From an uncultured delta proteobacterium (GTDB lineage Bacteria > Myxococcota_A > Polyangia > Fen-1088), in NCBI GenBank assembly GCA_963767925.1, contig CAVYGB010000002.1:928001-992000 (forward strand): a stretch of 64,000 nucleotides of DNA, written 5' to 3'. Under the pieces are notes generated by a model. It was not told the DNA's origin. It saw nothing but the letters and a program-made list of their open reading frames with translations, and ran no database searches. The translations under genes were made by a program, and so were the position numbers. Each line of letters begins with the position of its first letter. Positions within the stretch are counted from its first letter, which is position 1. Of the stretch, positions 1-9,769 are shown piece after piece.

Positions 1-1256
1 GCGCAGGACAGGGCCTGCAGGCGGGCCACGATGTTCTCGGGGGTGAGCGTGCTGCCGAGGGTGGTGAGGCGCTGCTGGATGCGGTCGCGGAAGGCAGGCG
101 GCGCGGCCAGGAACTGGGTGAGGTAGTTGTTTTCGGTCGACCCCGACGCGTGGCTCTGACCGGTGTTGAACTTGTCGGGCACGTTGATGCTGGCGGCGTC
201 GAAGGCCGGCAGGGCCAGCTTGGCCACCAGGCGGTTGGGCTCGGCGGCCTGGAACTCGTTGACCCGGGGATGCCCGGCGGGGTCGCCGAACAGGGGTCCG
301 AAGGGGTTGAGCTTGTCGGTGACGGGCTGCAGGCGCATGGCGCTGCAGCTCTGGCCGGTGCAGGTGCGGATCAGCTTGAACTCCCGCAGGGTCCAGATGG
401 GGGGCGTGACGTTGACGAACTGGTTGGTGCGGATCTGGCCCACGCCGCGCGGGTTGTCCCCGAAGTGCCGGGCCTTGAGCACGGGTGGGTAAGGGCCGCC
501 GCCCTGGAAGAAGAGCTGCTCGAGCAGCGCCCCGCGCTGGTTCGGGTCGCTTTGCGCCGACAGGCCGGCGAGGAGCTCGACCAGGGGCCGGCAGCCGCGC
601 AGGCGGCCATCGGCCCGCGGGTTGGGCAGGTATCCCTCGAAGATGATGAGGTTGCGCTGGGTCGCGCTCGTGATGCCCGAGCGCTTGGCGTAGACCAGCC
701 GGTATTCGCCGCAGGAGCCGGTGGTCTTGCGCGCCAGATCCGGGCGCATGAAGACGCCGATGGGGAGGTACGAGTCGGGGTTGGAGGCCAGCGGCTCGGC
801 GAAGGGATCGGCGGTGGCCTGCCCTCCCTCCGAGGGGGCCGGCCGGCAGGTGTAGGGGTACGTGTTGAGCGTGGGCGCGCCGTTGCTGTCGACCTGGTCG
901 TTACAGTGCGCGCCCTGCCCCAGCCCCGGGCCCGGGTTCTGGGTGTCCCACCACTGCCGGAACAGGCTCAGCGAGGTCAGGCCCGGGACGCCGCTGTCGG
1001 CGACGAGCTGGTCGAGTACCCGCTTGAAGGGAAAGCGGGCAAGGATGATCTGCTCGGTGGCGACGAGCGATCGGCGCGCATCGACGCCAGCGAGCGTGCG
1101 GACGGGCGCCGAGGTCAACCCGAGCGCCGCGCGCGGCGCCGGTTCGGTGGAGAGACGGGGATCGGTTGGCGGCGGCAGCTCCTGGGATTGGCAGGCAGCC
1201 CCGACAAATCCGAGGGCCAGCCCTGCAAGGGTGATCGCGTGGCGGTTCCGTGTCAT
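1..1256 (-). CDS. Cys-containing lipoprotein of unknown function, truncated by the window edge; possibly heme c-binding
   Basis: Not in the ORF track; translated by hand from ATG 1256: MTRNRHAITLAGLALGFVGAAC (lipobox)...SCGEYRLVY...GQIRTNQF...WTLREF...ARLQALSCA, open to position 1. Confidence 0.75.
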   Translation of the reverse strand, partial: MTRNRHAITLAGLALGFVGAACQSQELPPPTDPRLSTEPAPRAALGLTSAPVRTLAGVDARRSLVATEQIILARFPFKRVLDQLVADSGVPGLTSLSLFRQWWDTQNPGPGLGQGAHCNDQVDSNGAPTLNTYPYTCRPAPSEGGQATADPFAEPLASNPDSYLPIGVFMRPDLARKTTGSCGEYRLVYAKRSGITSATQRNLIIFEGYLPNPRADGRLRGCRPLVELLAGLSAQSDPNQRGALLEQLFFQGGGPYPPVLKARHFGDNPRGVGQIRTNQFVNVTPPIWTLREFKLIRTCTGQSCSAMRLQPVTDKLNPFGPLFGDPAGHPRVNEFQAAEPNRLVAKLALPAFDAASINVPDKFNTGQSHASGSTENNYLTQFLAAPPAFRDRIQQRLTTLGSTLTPENIVARLQALSC

Positions 1257-1497
1257 GTCGCTCGCTTTCCGTTTCGACAACGGACCCCCCGAGGACCCCG
1301 TCACCATCGGGACTGCCTCGACGAGCTTGAGCACCGAAGAAACCCCCACCGCAAAATCGGGCGCTGAGGCCGCGCGACACAGGCCCCGAGCGACCCGCCG
1401 CCGGAGCGATGCCAGATCGAGTCTGCCCTCGGCGGCCCTGCCGTCGACGGTTTCGATCCGATCCTCAGTGACACACGTACCGGGCGGGCGTTCCTCC

Positions 1498-1722
1498 CTA
1501 CCCTTCTCGCGGGCTGACGGGGCGGAGGCGGGTGCCTACCGAGGTGAGGCGCTGGCACATGGTCGTGAGGGCGGCCATGGCGCGGAGGCGCTGGGTGACG
1601 GCGGAGGCGGTCATGTCGACGCCCTTGACGATGAAGCCACGGGCTTGCTGACGGAGGGCCATCTCGCGCAGGCGCGCGGTGATTGCAGCCGGGCGCATGT
1701 CGATGGGGCGGGCATCAGCCAC
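1498..1722 (-). CDS. Small 74-aa protein coupled to the nucleotidyltransferase, with two DMxxxA(I/V)TxRLRxM repeats
   Basis: GTG at 1722 overlaps the upstream gene's stop. Contains IDMRPAAITARLREM and VDMTASAVTQRLRAM. Confidence 0.6.
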   Translation of the reverse strand: MADARPIDMRPAAITARLREMALRQQARGFIVKGVDMTASAVTQRLRAMAALTTMCQRLTSVGTRLRPVSPREG

Positions 1723-2167
1723 GGCTGAGCTCCTGCAGGCGCGCGACGTCCGCGAGGTCCTGGGGGCGGCCGGCGGCCAGCTTGAGCGCGACCAGTCCTT
1801 CGCGCGACACCACGCGGATGGTGCCGCCTTCGAACGCCGCGCTCTGGCGGCCGGCCCAGACACGTTCGGTGGGACCGGCGACGAAGAGCAGGTCCAGCAT
1901 CAGCGGCTGGTCGCCAATCAGCTTCGTGAACCGCTGGATCGTGATGCCGCTGGCGAAGTCCATCGGGAGCGATTCGAGGGTGAAGCCCAGCGGGGTCACC
2001 ACCTGGCGCAGGCGGCCGAGGTCCTCGGGGCGCAGCAGCAGGTCGATGTCCTGGGTGGCTCGCGGAGCGCCGTGGATGGCGAGGGCCACGCCCCCACACA
2101 GGGCGTAGTCGACGCCAGCGGCTTCGAGCCCGGCGACGAGCCCCCTCAGCTCCTCGAAAAGGTCCAC
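1715..2167 (-). CDS. Nucleotidyltransferase (DUF6036/AbiEii-like, pol-beta fold)
   Basis: Motifs GGVALAIHGAPRATQDIDLL and C-terminal KLAAGRPQDLADV. Confidence 0.8.
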   Translation of the reverse strand: MDLFEELRGLVAGLEAAGVDYALCGGVALAIHGAPRATQDIDLLLRPEDLGRLRQVVTPLGFTLESLPMDFASGITIQRFTKLIGDQPLMLDLLFVAGPTERVWAGRQSAAFEGGTIRVVSREGLVALKLAAGRPQDLADVARLQELSRG

Positions 2168-2175
2168 GCACAGTC

Positions 2176-2181
2176 ATTATA
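2176..2181 (-). promoter_or_regulatory. -10 box TATAAT, probably driving a near-leaderless transcript
   Basis: Perfect TATAAT on the minus strand 8 nt upstream of the GTG at 2167, in GC-rich DNA; no SD seen. Confidence 0.55.
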
Positions 2182-2362
2182 GCGCCCTCGCGGGAGGTCC
2201 TCTGACAGGGCGCCATCGTCGGTGGGTTGGCGGAGGACGCCAAAGATGTTGTCGAAGATCTGCGAGCCGGATTGGCGGAGGCAGCGCGCCCGACGCGGGG
2301 TGGTCGGCTTCCTCGGTCGCGGGGGGATGCTGGACACGCATGCTATTCTCGGAGAGGTGACC

Positions 2363-2785
2363 GTGGTTGCCGTCGTGCCTGCTGAGCTGCTTGCGCGGCT
2401 GGGCGCCGTCCTGGCGGCGCGCGGCGGGCTGCGGCTGGCTGTCCTCTTCGGATCGGGCGCCACCGGGCGACTGCGTCCGGACAGCGATCTCGACGTGGCG
2501 GTCTGGCCGCTCTCGCCAGCCGCCGAGCTCGACGACCTGTCGCTCCAGTCCGAGCTCACCCTCGAGGCGGGCCGCGAGGTCGACCTGGTCCGCATCGATC
2601 ACGCTTCCACCCTGCTCAAGTGGCAGATCGCCAAGAACGCGGTGTCGATCCTCGAGGCGTCTCCGGGCGAGCTCGCTCGCTTCCGGGCGTATGCCGCCAG
2701 CGAATACGCCGACTTTGCCCCGACGTTCGAACATCACGCAGAGCGATTTCGCCGCCGCTTGATCGAGCAGGCCGAGATGCCATGA
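2363..2785 (+). CDS. mntA: MNT adenylyltransferase antitoxin (type VII TA)
   Basis: GS-x10-DxD motif (FGSGATGRLRPDSDLD) and EVDLV. Upstream TG-n-TATTCT at 2341 and SD GGAGAGG at 2351. Confidence 0.85.
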   Translation: MVAVVPAELLARLGAVLAARGGLRLAVLFGSGATGRLRPDSDLDVAVWPLSPAAELDDLSLQSELTLEAGREVDLVRIDHASTLLKWQIAKNAVSILEASPGELARFRAYAASEYADFAPTFEHHAERFRRRLIEQAEMP

Positions 2786-3273
2786 CGGATGCCAATCTGG
2801 TGCTGGCCAAGCTCGGCGTGCTCAAGGAGCAGGCCGAGCGCATGGAGCGGCGTCGAGCGGTCGACCTGGATGCGTTTCGACAGGACGTGGATCGTCAGGA
2901 TGCCCTCGCCATGAGCCTCCTGGTGGCCCTGCAAGAGGCTGTCGACATCGCCATGCACGTGGCCTCCGACGAGGGGTGGGGCGTGGCCCCGTCTTATGCC
3001 GAGAGCTTCCAGCGGCTGGCACTGCACGGGGTGATCGATCCGGGGCTCGCCGCCCGCCTCGCGAACATTGCCTCGCTGCGAAATCGCGTCGCCCACGGCT
3101 ACGCCACTCCCGACTTCGAGAGGCTCTGGCGAGAGGCTCCGATGGGGATCGAGGCGTTTCGCCAGTTCGCGGCCAGGATGGCGAGCTACCTGGCGGCCGG
3201 CCTGGCCCGGAGATTTTGTCTCCCCGCTGGCTGTTCGCCCTCGCCCCGCGGCCGCGGGGCGAAGGAGGGGTGA
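2782..3273 (+). CDS. hepT: HEPN (DUF86) ribonuclease toxin
   Basis: Rx4HxY motif (LRNRVAHGY); ATGA overlap with mntA. Confidence 0.88.
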   Translation: MTDANLVLAKLGVLKEQAERMERRRAVDLDAFRQDVDRQDALAMSLLVALQEAVDIAMHVASDEGWGVAPSYAESFQRLALHGVIDPGLAARLANIASLRNRVAHGYATPDFERLWREAPMGIEAFRQFAARMASYLAAGLARRFCLPAGCSPSPRGRGAKEG

Positions 3274-3281
3274 GGGGTCCG
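3233..3281 (-). repeat. REP-like palindromic repeat copy overlapping the hepT 3' end
   Basis: Reverse complement reads CGGACCCCTCACCCCTCCTTCGCCCCGCGGCCGCGGGGCGAGGGCGAAC, same family as the copies at 6971, 40866, 56985, 57085 and 61187. Confidence 0.8.
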
Positions 3282-3291
3282 GGGCTGGCGG

Positions 3292-5996
3292 TCAGGGAGT
3301 CCACCAGTAGGTGGCTTTCAGCATGACCACGGTCTCGGGGCGGGCGGCGCGGAGGGTGCGGTAGGAGCGGCGGAGGGCGAAGCGGCTGTCGTCCTCTTCG
3401 GTGTCCTGGTTCTGGTTCCAGACCAGGTAGACGGTCGAGCCGGGGCGGTACTCCCAGCGGAGGACGGCGCTGGCCCGGAAGCGAGACGAAGGTCGACGAC
3501 TCGGAGGCCGGGTCGATCTCGGTGGGGAGGAAGGCGTAGCTGCGGGGGGCGGCGAGCTGGCGGATGCTGCGGTAGTGGATGGCGGAGACGAGGGGCTGGG
3601 CGAACAGCTCGAGCGAGAGCTTGGGGGTGAAGATGCAGTTGAGGCGGATGTCGGCGGAGAGGGTCTTCTGGTCGAGCTCGCCGAACAGGTAGCGGTTGCC
3701 GTAGGTGGCGGTGGCGGCGGGATCCTCGAGGGTGTCGATGTACTGGGCGGCGCTCTGCTCGGCGGAGAAGCTGGGGCCGACGTTCAGCGAGAGGCGGTCG
3801 AGCGGGCGCACCTCCACGAAGCCGCGCGCCACCCAGCTCCGGTTGTTCCAGGCGTAGCGGTTGAGGTCGCCGTTGAGGCCGACCGTCCAGCGCTTGCGGC
3901 CGTCGGTGGTGAGGCCGCCCGCCAGGTAGACGCCCCGCGGGTTGAGCATGAGGGGGCCGCCCCGGGTCTGCCGGTTGTTCACCGTGCCGGGGTTGTAGAT
4001 GGCGGTGAGAAAGCCGTTCCAGAAGTTGAGGAACTGGGCCTCGCTGGTGACGAACAGGCCCTGCCAGATGCCGTTGCCCTCGAAGTCCCAGCTCGCGAAG
4101 GCCGCCGGGATGACAAGCACGCGCCGGAACAGCTTGCCCGGGTCGGGCCACTGGTAACCGGCGCCGAAGTGGGCGTTGACCAGGTCGCTGACCGAGCCGA
4201 AGCCGAGGTCGTTGATCTCCCAGCCGGGGCTCAGGGCGCCGAGGGCGGCGTTGAGCAGCACGTTGCCGTTCTGCTTGTTGAGCACCAGGCGGCCGGCGTA
4301 CCCGCCCAGCGCGGTGGCGGCGGGGTCGACGCCCACGTGGGTGGCGTCGGGGCGCTGGAAGTAGTGGACGCTGTTCTCTTGCAGGTCCTTCAGGCGGGCG
4401 GGGCTGCCCGTGACCCGGCTGCCGCCCATCCAGCCGCTGATCACCCAGGTCTTCGAGGCGTCGAGGAAGGTCCAGCCGTCGACTCCGAGGACCGCCGCCG
4501 TGCCATTGAGCTGATCCCGCAACGGCGTGACCGCGGAGAGGGTTGGATCGACGAGGTCCAGCGCCGGCGTCCCCGCCCTGCGCGCAGGCGCCACCCGCCG
4601 CAGCCCGGACGCCCCGGCCCCCAGCGCCGGCGCCGCGGCCGGCCCGCCCTGGAAGTCGCGCACCACCAGGGTCGACATCAGCCCCAGCCCCTGGCGCCCG
4701 CCGTTGATCTCGTTCTGGACGCGGGTCGCGCCGTAATAGGTGACCGGCTCGGCCTCGACCCGGGTCTGGACGCCGCCGCTGCTGAAGCGGGCGTATTCGC
4801 GCTGGGTGAGGGCGTGGACCGTGCCGACGTTCCAGCTCCCGAGCTTGCCGGTCAGCTTGGCGGCGCCGAGGATGTCGGTCGTCTGCGGGACCTGCTCGTA
4901 GTCGTTGTCGGGCAAGCTCACCTGCGGCGTGCGCCCGATGCGCCGGCTGTACACCAGATCCGGGCCCGGCCAGTTGAAGCCCCAGAAGTTGCGCGAGCCG
5001 CCGCTGCCGAAGCCGGTGAAGACGCTGGCCCCCTCGATGAAAAACGGCCGCCGCTCCGGGAAATACACCTCCCGGTCCGACAGGTTCACCACCGCGGGGT
5101 CGACCTCGACCTGGCCGAAGTCGGGGTACACCGTGGCGTCGAGGGTGAGGTGGCTGCCGAGCCCGACCTTGAGGTCGGCCCCCACCCGCGGGGTGGCGCC
5201 CCACCCCGTCCGGAACGGATCGCCGGCCTCTCCCGGCGTGTCGACCCGGAAGCTGGCGTAAGGCGCCAGCTCGATGCGGGTGGGCGGGCGGATGGCGCCC
5301 AGGGCCTGCAGCTCCGGGAAGCGCGAGACGAAGCCGCTGCCCCGGCGCGGGGTGTAGGCCAGCAGGTTGTGCTCGTTGTGGCGGGCGATCACCCGTTCGA
5401 AGTTGATCCCCCAGGTGTGGGCGCTGTCCTTGAAGCGGAGCTGCGAAAACGGGATGCGCATCTCCACCGTCCAGCCCTGCCCGTCGCGGACCACCTCGCT
5501 CTGCCAGACCCCGTCCCAGCTATCGTCGCGCCAGTCGTCGTTCATCAGGGTGCCGTCGTACTGGGTGCCGGCGGCGTTGACCCCGAAGTAGACGCCGCTG
5601 CGGCGGTCGCGGTGCGGATCGAGGAAGACCGTGAACGAATCGGCCGTGACCCAGCGATCGCGGCGGGCGAGCTGCGACCGGATGGCCTGCGGCTGCGTGT
5701 CGAACAGCCGCGCCCCCACGTAGAGGGCGACGTCGTCGAAGGCCACCTTCACCTCGGTGCGCTCGGTCGGGTCGGCCCCCTCGGCGGGGTCGCTCTGGAT
5801 CAGGCCGGGGACCGGCGCGGCGCCCAGCCCAGACCGCCTCGGAGAGCTGGCCGTCGAGGACCACCTTCTCCGCGCAGCGGGCGGCCTGGATCGGGACGGC
5901 CGGTCGCGGGAGGCGCGCGGGCACGGCTGTGCGCAGCGCCGGCTGGCTGTCGGCCAGCAGCAGCGCCACGAGGGCGTCGACGAACGAGAGCAACAT
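3292..5996 (-). CDS. CBM9-like/DUF5916 outer-membrane protein with two frameshifts (~5825 and ~3478)
   Basis: N-terminus ...VLDGQLSEAVW in the 5520..5996 frame; core DDSWDGVW, WTVEMRIPFSQLRF, PDFGQVEVD, YSRRIGR; C-terminus LRWEYRPGSTVYLVW...LKATYWWTP* in a third frame. Confidence 0.8.
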
Positions 5997-6018
5997 GCGG
6001 AGCGCGCGGGCCGCCGGG

Positions 6019-6258
6019 TCAGGCGCGCTTGCGCAGCTCGATGCTGCCGTTGACCGATTTTACGTTGAGGGTCCGGCCGCCGCCGCCGATGGTGCCCGTC
6101 ACCTTCTTGGGCCCCCACTTGCCCTTCACCTCGAGGCCGAAGGGGGCGAGCTTCTCTTTCCAGCTCCAGTCGGGGGCGGCCAGGGCCGGGCGCGTCGTCG
6201 CGGCGACGCTCAGGGCGGCGAAGAACAGGCTGACGGTCAGGGATCGGCTGGATTTCAT
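6019..6258 (-). pseudogene. 79-aa minigene: signal peptide joined to the C-terminus of a DUF4097-like beta-repeat protein
   Basis: SD GAGGAG; MKSSRSLTVSLFFAALSVAA...GTIGGGGRTLNVKSVNGSIELRK; no repeat core present. Confidence 0.55.
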
Positions 6259-6449
6259 GTGGGCTCCTCGTGCTGGAAGACCGGTTGCTGGGATCGGTGA
6301 CCGCAAGGCCGTCCCAGTTTCAACGAAACGGAGCGCATTAACGACATTCTGCCGACCGGAAAGTTCCAGAGCGTGGGCCAAATCACGTGTTAGATGACCG
6401 GGCAGGCTCGACGTCCGACCCACCGACCCTCACGGAAAGGAAGCAAGCG

Positions 6450-6938
6450 ATGGCCTTTTTCGATCGTGCGTTGAGCGCCGTGGGGCTGCGGCCCCGGTCG
6501 CAGGTCGCCGTGGGGCAGCCAGCGCCGGACTTCACCCTGTTCGACACCGAGGGGCAGGCCGTGTCTCTCAAGGAGCTGATCCGGCGCGGGCCGGTCATCC
6601 TGGCGTTTTACCCGAAGGCCTTCACCGGCGGCTGCACCCACGAGCTGCGCAGCTACGCCCAGCAGGAGGCGGAGCTGACGGCCAAGGGCGCGCAGCTCTG
6701 CGCCATCTCGCTCGACGACCGGGAGACGCTGGCCCGCTTCAAGGCCTCGCTGGGCGCCTCCTTCCGCTTCCTTTCTGACCCCGAGGGGGAGGTCTCGCGC
6801 CAGTACGGCGGCGTGTCGATGGGCACCGCCAACCGCGTGACCGTCACCATCGGTCAGGACGGCCACATCACCCGCCTGACCAGCGGGCTATCGGCGATCT
6901 TCCCGGGGGGCGACATCAGGGAGTGCCCCCGGGTGTGA
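6450..6938 (+). CDS. Peroxiredoxin (Bcp/AhpC-TSA family)
   Basis: GQPAPDFTL and [11 protein letters not shown] (PxxxTxxC). Confidence 0.88.
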   Translation: MAFFDRALSAVGLRPRSQVAVGQPAPDFTLFDTEGQAVSLKELIRRGPVILAFYPKAFTGGCTHELRSYAQQEAELTAKGAQLCAISLDDRETLARFKASLGASFRFLSDPEGEVSRQYGGVSMGTANRVTVTIGQDGHITRLTSGLSAIFPGGDIRECPRV

Positions 6939-6940
6939 AG

Positions 6941-7018
6941 AACCGGGACCCCGCGGCGGGTCCCGGGTTGCGGACCCCTCACCCCCTCCCTCTCCCCGCT
7001 GCCGCGGGGCGAGGGCGA
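6941..7018 (+). repeat. GC hairpin followed by a REP-like copy between convergent genes
   Basis: AACCGGGACCC..GGGTCCCGGGTT hairpin, then CCCTCACCCCCTCCCTCTCCCCGCTGCCGCGGGGCGAGGGCGA. Confidence 0.8.
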
Positions 7019-7063
7019 CGGGCAGGGGGGAGCAGAGATTCGGGTGATGCCGGGCGTGTCCGG

Positions 7064-9769
7064 TCAGTGGCGCTTCAGGAAGGTGGTGACGCTGGACTGG
7101 TGGGCGGCGCGCATGGCGATGCAGAGGTCCATGCGCTCGAGGGTCTGGGCCAGCATGCGCGGGCCGCCGGGGGCCTTGGCGGCGCGGTCCTTGAAGAACG
7201 CCTCCAGGTCGGCCCGGTGCTCGGGGTCGCAGAAGGCGTTGCCCACGCCGGCGAGCTGCACCCCGAACTCGCGGGGCATGCGGGCGACGATCTCGTCGTT
7301 GTGCTCCTTGACGAACTCGTAGGCCGCCTGGCGGGTGCGGCGGTCGGAGGCGGCGCCGTAGACCAGGGTCAGCGACTCGCGCGGGTCGAAGGCGTCGGAC
7401 AGGGCGATGCGGAAGTTCTCCTGCACGATGGCCTTGTCGACGAACTCGCCCATCGCCCCCAGCAGGGCGTTGCGATCGCGCCGGTCCTTCTCCACCTTGG
7501 CCGCGGCGTGCAGCTTGTCCCACAGGGCCCGGTCGCCGTTGCGGGCGGCCGCGCCGAGCACGCTGCCCACCAGCTCGAGCGGGATGGCCTTGCGGTCGGT
7601 CAGCCACTTCTCGGTCAGCTTGCGGGCCTGGGCCTGGAGCTGCTCGTCCTCGCCGTCCTCGGCGACCATCGAGGCCAGGCCGGGGCGCAGCAGGCGGGTC
7701 TCGTCGTTCTCGTCGGCGCGCGGCTCCCAGCCCAGGCGGCGGGCGCGGGCCCCGAAGCTGGCCAGGATGACCCGGCGGTACTGCGCGCGCAGCGACTCGG
7801 GCACGTAGTGGTCCGACAGGCCGCCCAGCAGGGCCGCCGAGCTGGCCAGGATGTGGCGGTTGTCGTCGCGGGCCAGCAGCGGCACCAGGGCCAGCGCCTC
7901 GCCGTAGGGCAGGCGGCCGTTGCGCACCAGCGCGCTCACGTCGCCGAGCAGGGCCATGCGCTCGGGCACGGTGAGGGCCTTGCCGTCCTTCAACATGCGC
8001 TCGAGCAGGTTGCCCTTGTATTCGACCCGGTAGTACCCGGCGCCCTCGGCGTTGGCGAACACCCAGCGGGGACAGCCCTTGGCGTCGGTGAGCTCGAGCT
8101 CGCCCTGGGCCCCGGTGAGCAGGCCACAGGCCCGCCCGTCGGGGTGGCGGGCGCAGACCGGGATCTGCCAGGAGCCCTGGGCCTCGGCGGACTTGTCCCC
8201 GGTCCTGGTCGCCATCGAGCCGAGCGGCAGGTAGCGCTGCTGGCTGAGGGCCAGGCGCGCGGGGCGGCCCTTTTCACACTTCAGCTCTGCCGTCAGCAGC
8301 GGGTAGCCGGGCTGATCGAGGAAGGTGGAGAAGGCCTTCGCGAAGGTCTCCCCCTGTCCGGCGGCGGTCCCCACCTCCTTGAGGAAGTCGCCCGCCCCGG
8401 CGTTGCCGTGGGCGTGTTTGCGCAGGTACTTGCGCACCCCCGCCCGGAACTTCTCGGGGCCCACGAAGGACTCGAACATCGTGATGATGGCGGCGCCCTT
8501 GGTGTAGGTGATGCCGTCGAAGGCGTTGTAGATGTCGTGCATCGACTCGATCGGCTGGCGGATCCGCCGCGCCGACACCAGCGAGTCGAGGCCCATCACG
8601 CCGCTGCGCCCCTGCACGCGCTGGACCTGGCCGTCCCACTCGGGGTGCCACTCGTCGACGATCTTGCTCGAGATCCAGGTGGCGAAGGCCTCGTTGAGCC
8701 ACAGGTCGTCCCACCAGGACATTGTCACGAGGTCGCCGAACCAGATGTGACCGATCTCGTGGGCCCCGATGCTGAGGTAGCCGCGCTCGAGCCGGATGTT
8801 GCGCTGGTCGGGCTTGCCGAGGATGGTCGAGGTGCCGAAGGTGATGAGGCCGACGTTCTCCATGGCCCCGCCCTTCTGGGGCACGGCGATGTGGTCGAGC
8901 TTCTCGTAGGGGTAGGCGATGTCGAAGTAGCTCTCCATCCGGGTGAGGATCTCGCCGGTGGTCTTGACCGCGTAGGCCGCTTCGGGGGTCTTGCCCCGGG
9001 GGACGATGATCCGGATCTTGGTGCCCCGGCGGCCGAAGTTGCCGGCGTCGACAACCTCGAAGGGGCCGACGGCGAAGGCGACAAGGTAGCTCGGCAGCGG
9101 CTTGCTGGCGGCGAACATGAGGGTCTTCATGTCGCCGTTCGGGGTCTCGGAGACCTGGGGGGTGTTGGCGAAGGCCCGCAGCTTGGTCGGCACCTCCAGC
9201 GTGACCTGGTAGGGGATCTTGAAGGACGGCTCGTCGAAGCAGGGGAAGGCCCGGCGGGCGTCGGTGGCCTCGAACTGGGTGAAGATGTACCAGTCCCCGT
9301 TTTCGTCCTGCCGGTAGGGGCCGCTCGACTCGCGGGCGGGCAGCTTGCCGCTGAAGGTGAGGCTGAGCTGATAGCTGCCCGGGGCGATGGGGCGGTCGGC
9401 GCTCAGCGCCAGGTACTCGTCGGAGACGTGGGGGCGCAGGGCCTGCGGCCGGCCCTCGGCGATCAGCTCGGCCTTGCTGATGGTGAGGCCGGCGGCGTGC
9501 AACCAGATTGTGTCGGTCTGGGCGCGCACCTCGAGGTCGATCTCGGTGCTGCCGCCGAAGGCCTCCTCGGTGGGCACCAGGCGCAGGCGCACGGCCTGGC
9601 GGCGAGGCAGCGCCACCTCGGGCAGGCGCAGCCCGGGCGGGGTGGGGCCGGCGGTGGTGGTGCTCGCGGGCGCGGGCGGCGGCTCGGCGGTGGGCTCGCC
9701 GAGGGGCGCCGACTGACCGGCGCAGCCCAGGGCCACGAGCAACGGAACGAAACGGCGGAGAGTTGGCAT
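7064..9769 (-). CDS. M1 family aminopeptidase with ERAP1-like C-terminal domain, lipoprotein
   Basis: TQFE, ARRAFPCFDEP, GAMEN, HEIGH-x18-E and YTKGA motifs; lipobox VALGC. Confidence 0.93.
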   Translation of the reverse strand: MPTLRRFVPLLVALGCAGQSAPLGEPTAEPPPAPASTTTAGPTPPGLRLPEVALPRRQAVRLRLVPTEEAFGGSTEIDLEVRAQTDTIWLHAAGLTISKAELIAEGRPQALRPHVSDEYLALSADRPIAPGSYQLSLTFSGKLPARESSGPYRQDENGDWYIFTQFEATDARRAFPCFDEPSFKIPYQVTLEVPTKLRAFANTPQVSETPNGDMKTLMFAASKPLPSYLVAFAVGPFEVVDAGNFGRRGTKIRIIVPRGKTPEAAYAVKTTGEILTRMESYFDIAYPYEKLDHIAVPQKGGAMENVGLITFGTSTILGKPDQRNIRLERGYLSIGAHEIGHIWFGDLVTMSWWDDLWLNEAFATWISSKIVDEWHPEWDGQVQRVQGRSGVMGLDSLVSARRIRQPIESMHDIYNAFDGITYTKGAAIITMFESFVGPEKFRAGVRKYLRKHAHGNAGAGDFLKEVGTAAGQGETFAKAFSTFLDQPGYPLLTAELKCEKGRPARLALSQQRYLPLGSMATRTGDKSAEAQGSWQIPVCARHPDGRACGLLTGAQGELELTDAKGCPRWVFANAEGAGYYRVEYKGNLLERMLKDGKALTVPERMALLGDVSALVRNGRLPYGEALALVPLLARDDNRHILASSAALLGGLSDHYVPESLRAQYRRVILASFGARARRLGWEPRADENDETRLLRPGLASMVAEDGEDEQLQAQARKLTEKWLTDRKAIPLELVGSVLGAAARNGDRALWDKLHAAAKVEKDRRDRNALLGAMGEFVDKAIVQENFRIALSDAFDPRESLTLVYGAASDRRTRQAAYEFVKEHNDEIVARMPREFGVQLAGVGNAFCDPEHRADLEAFFKDRAAKAPGGPRMLAQTLERMDLCIAMRAAHQSSVTTFLKRH

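Noticed and set aside
3470..5830. DUF5916 gene as a true pseudogene
   Set aside because: Only two single-base indels and no other decay; cannot be told apart from read error.
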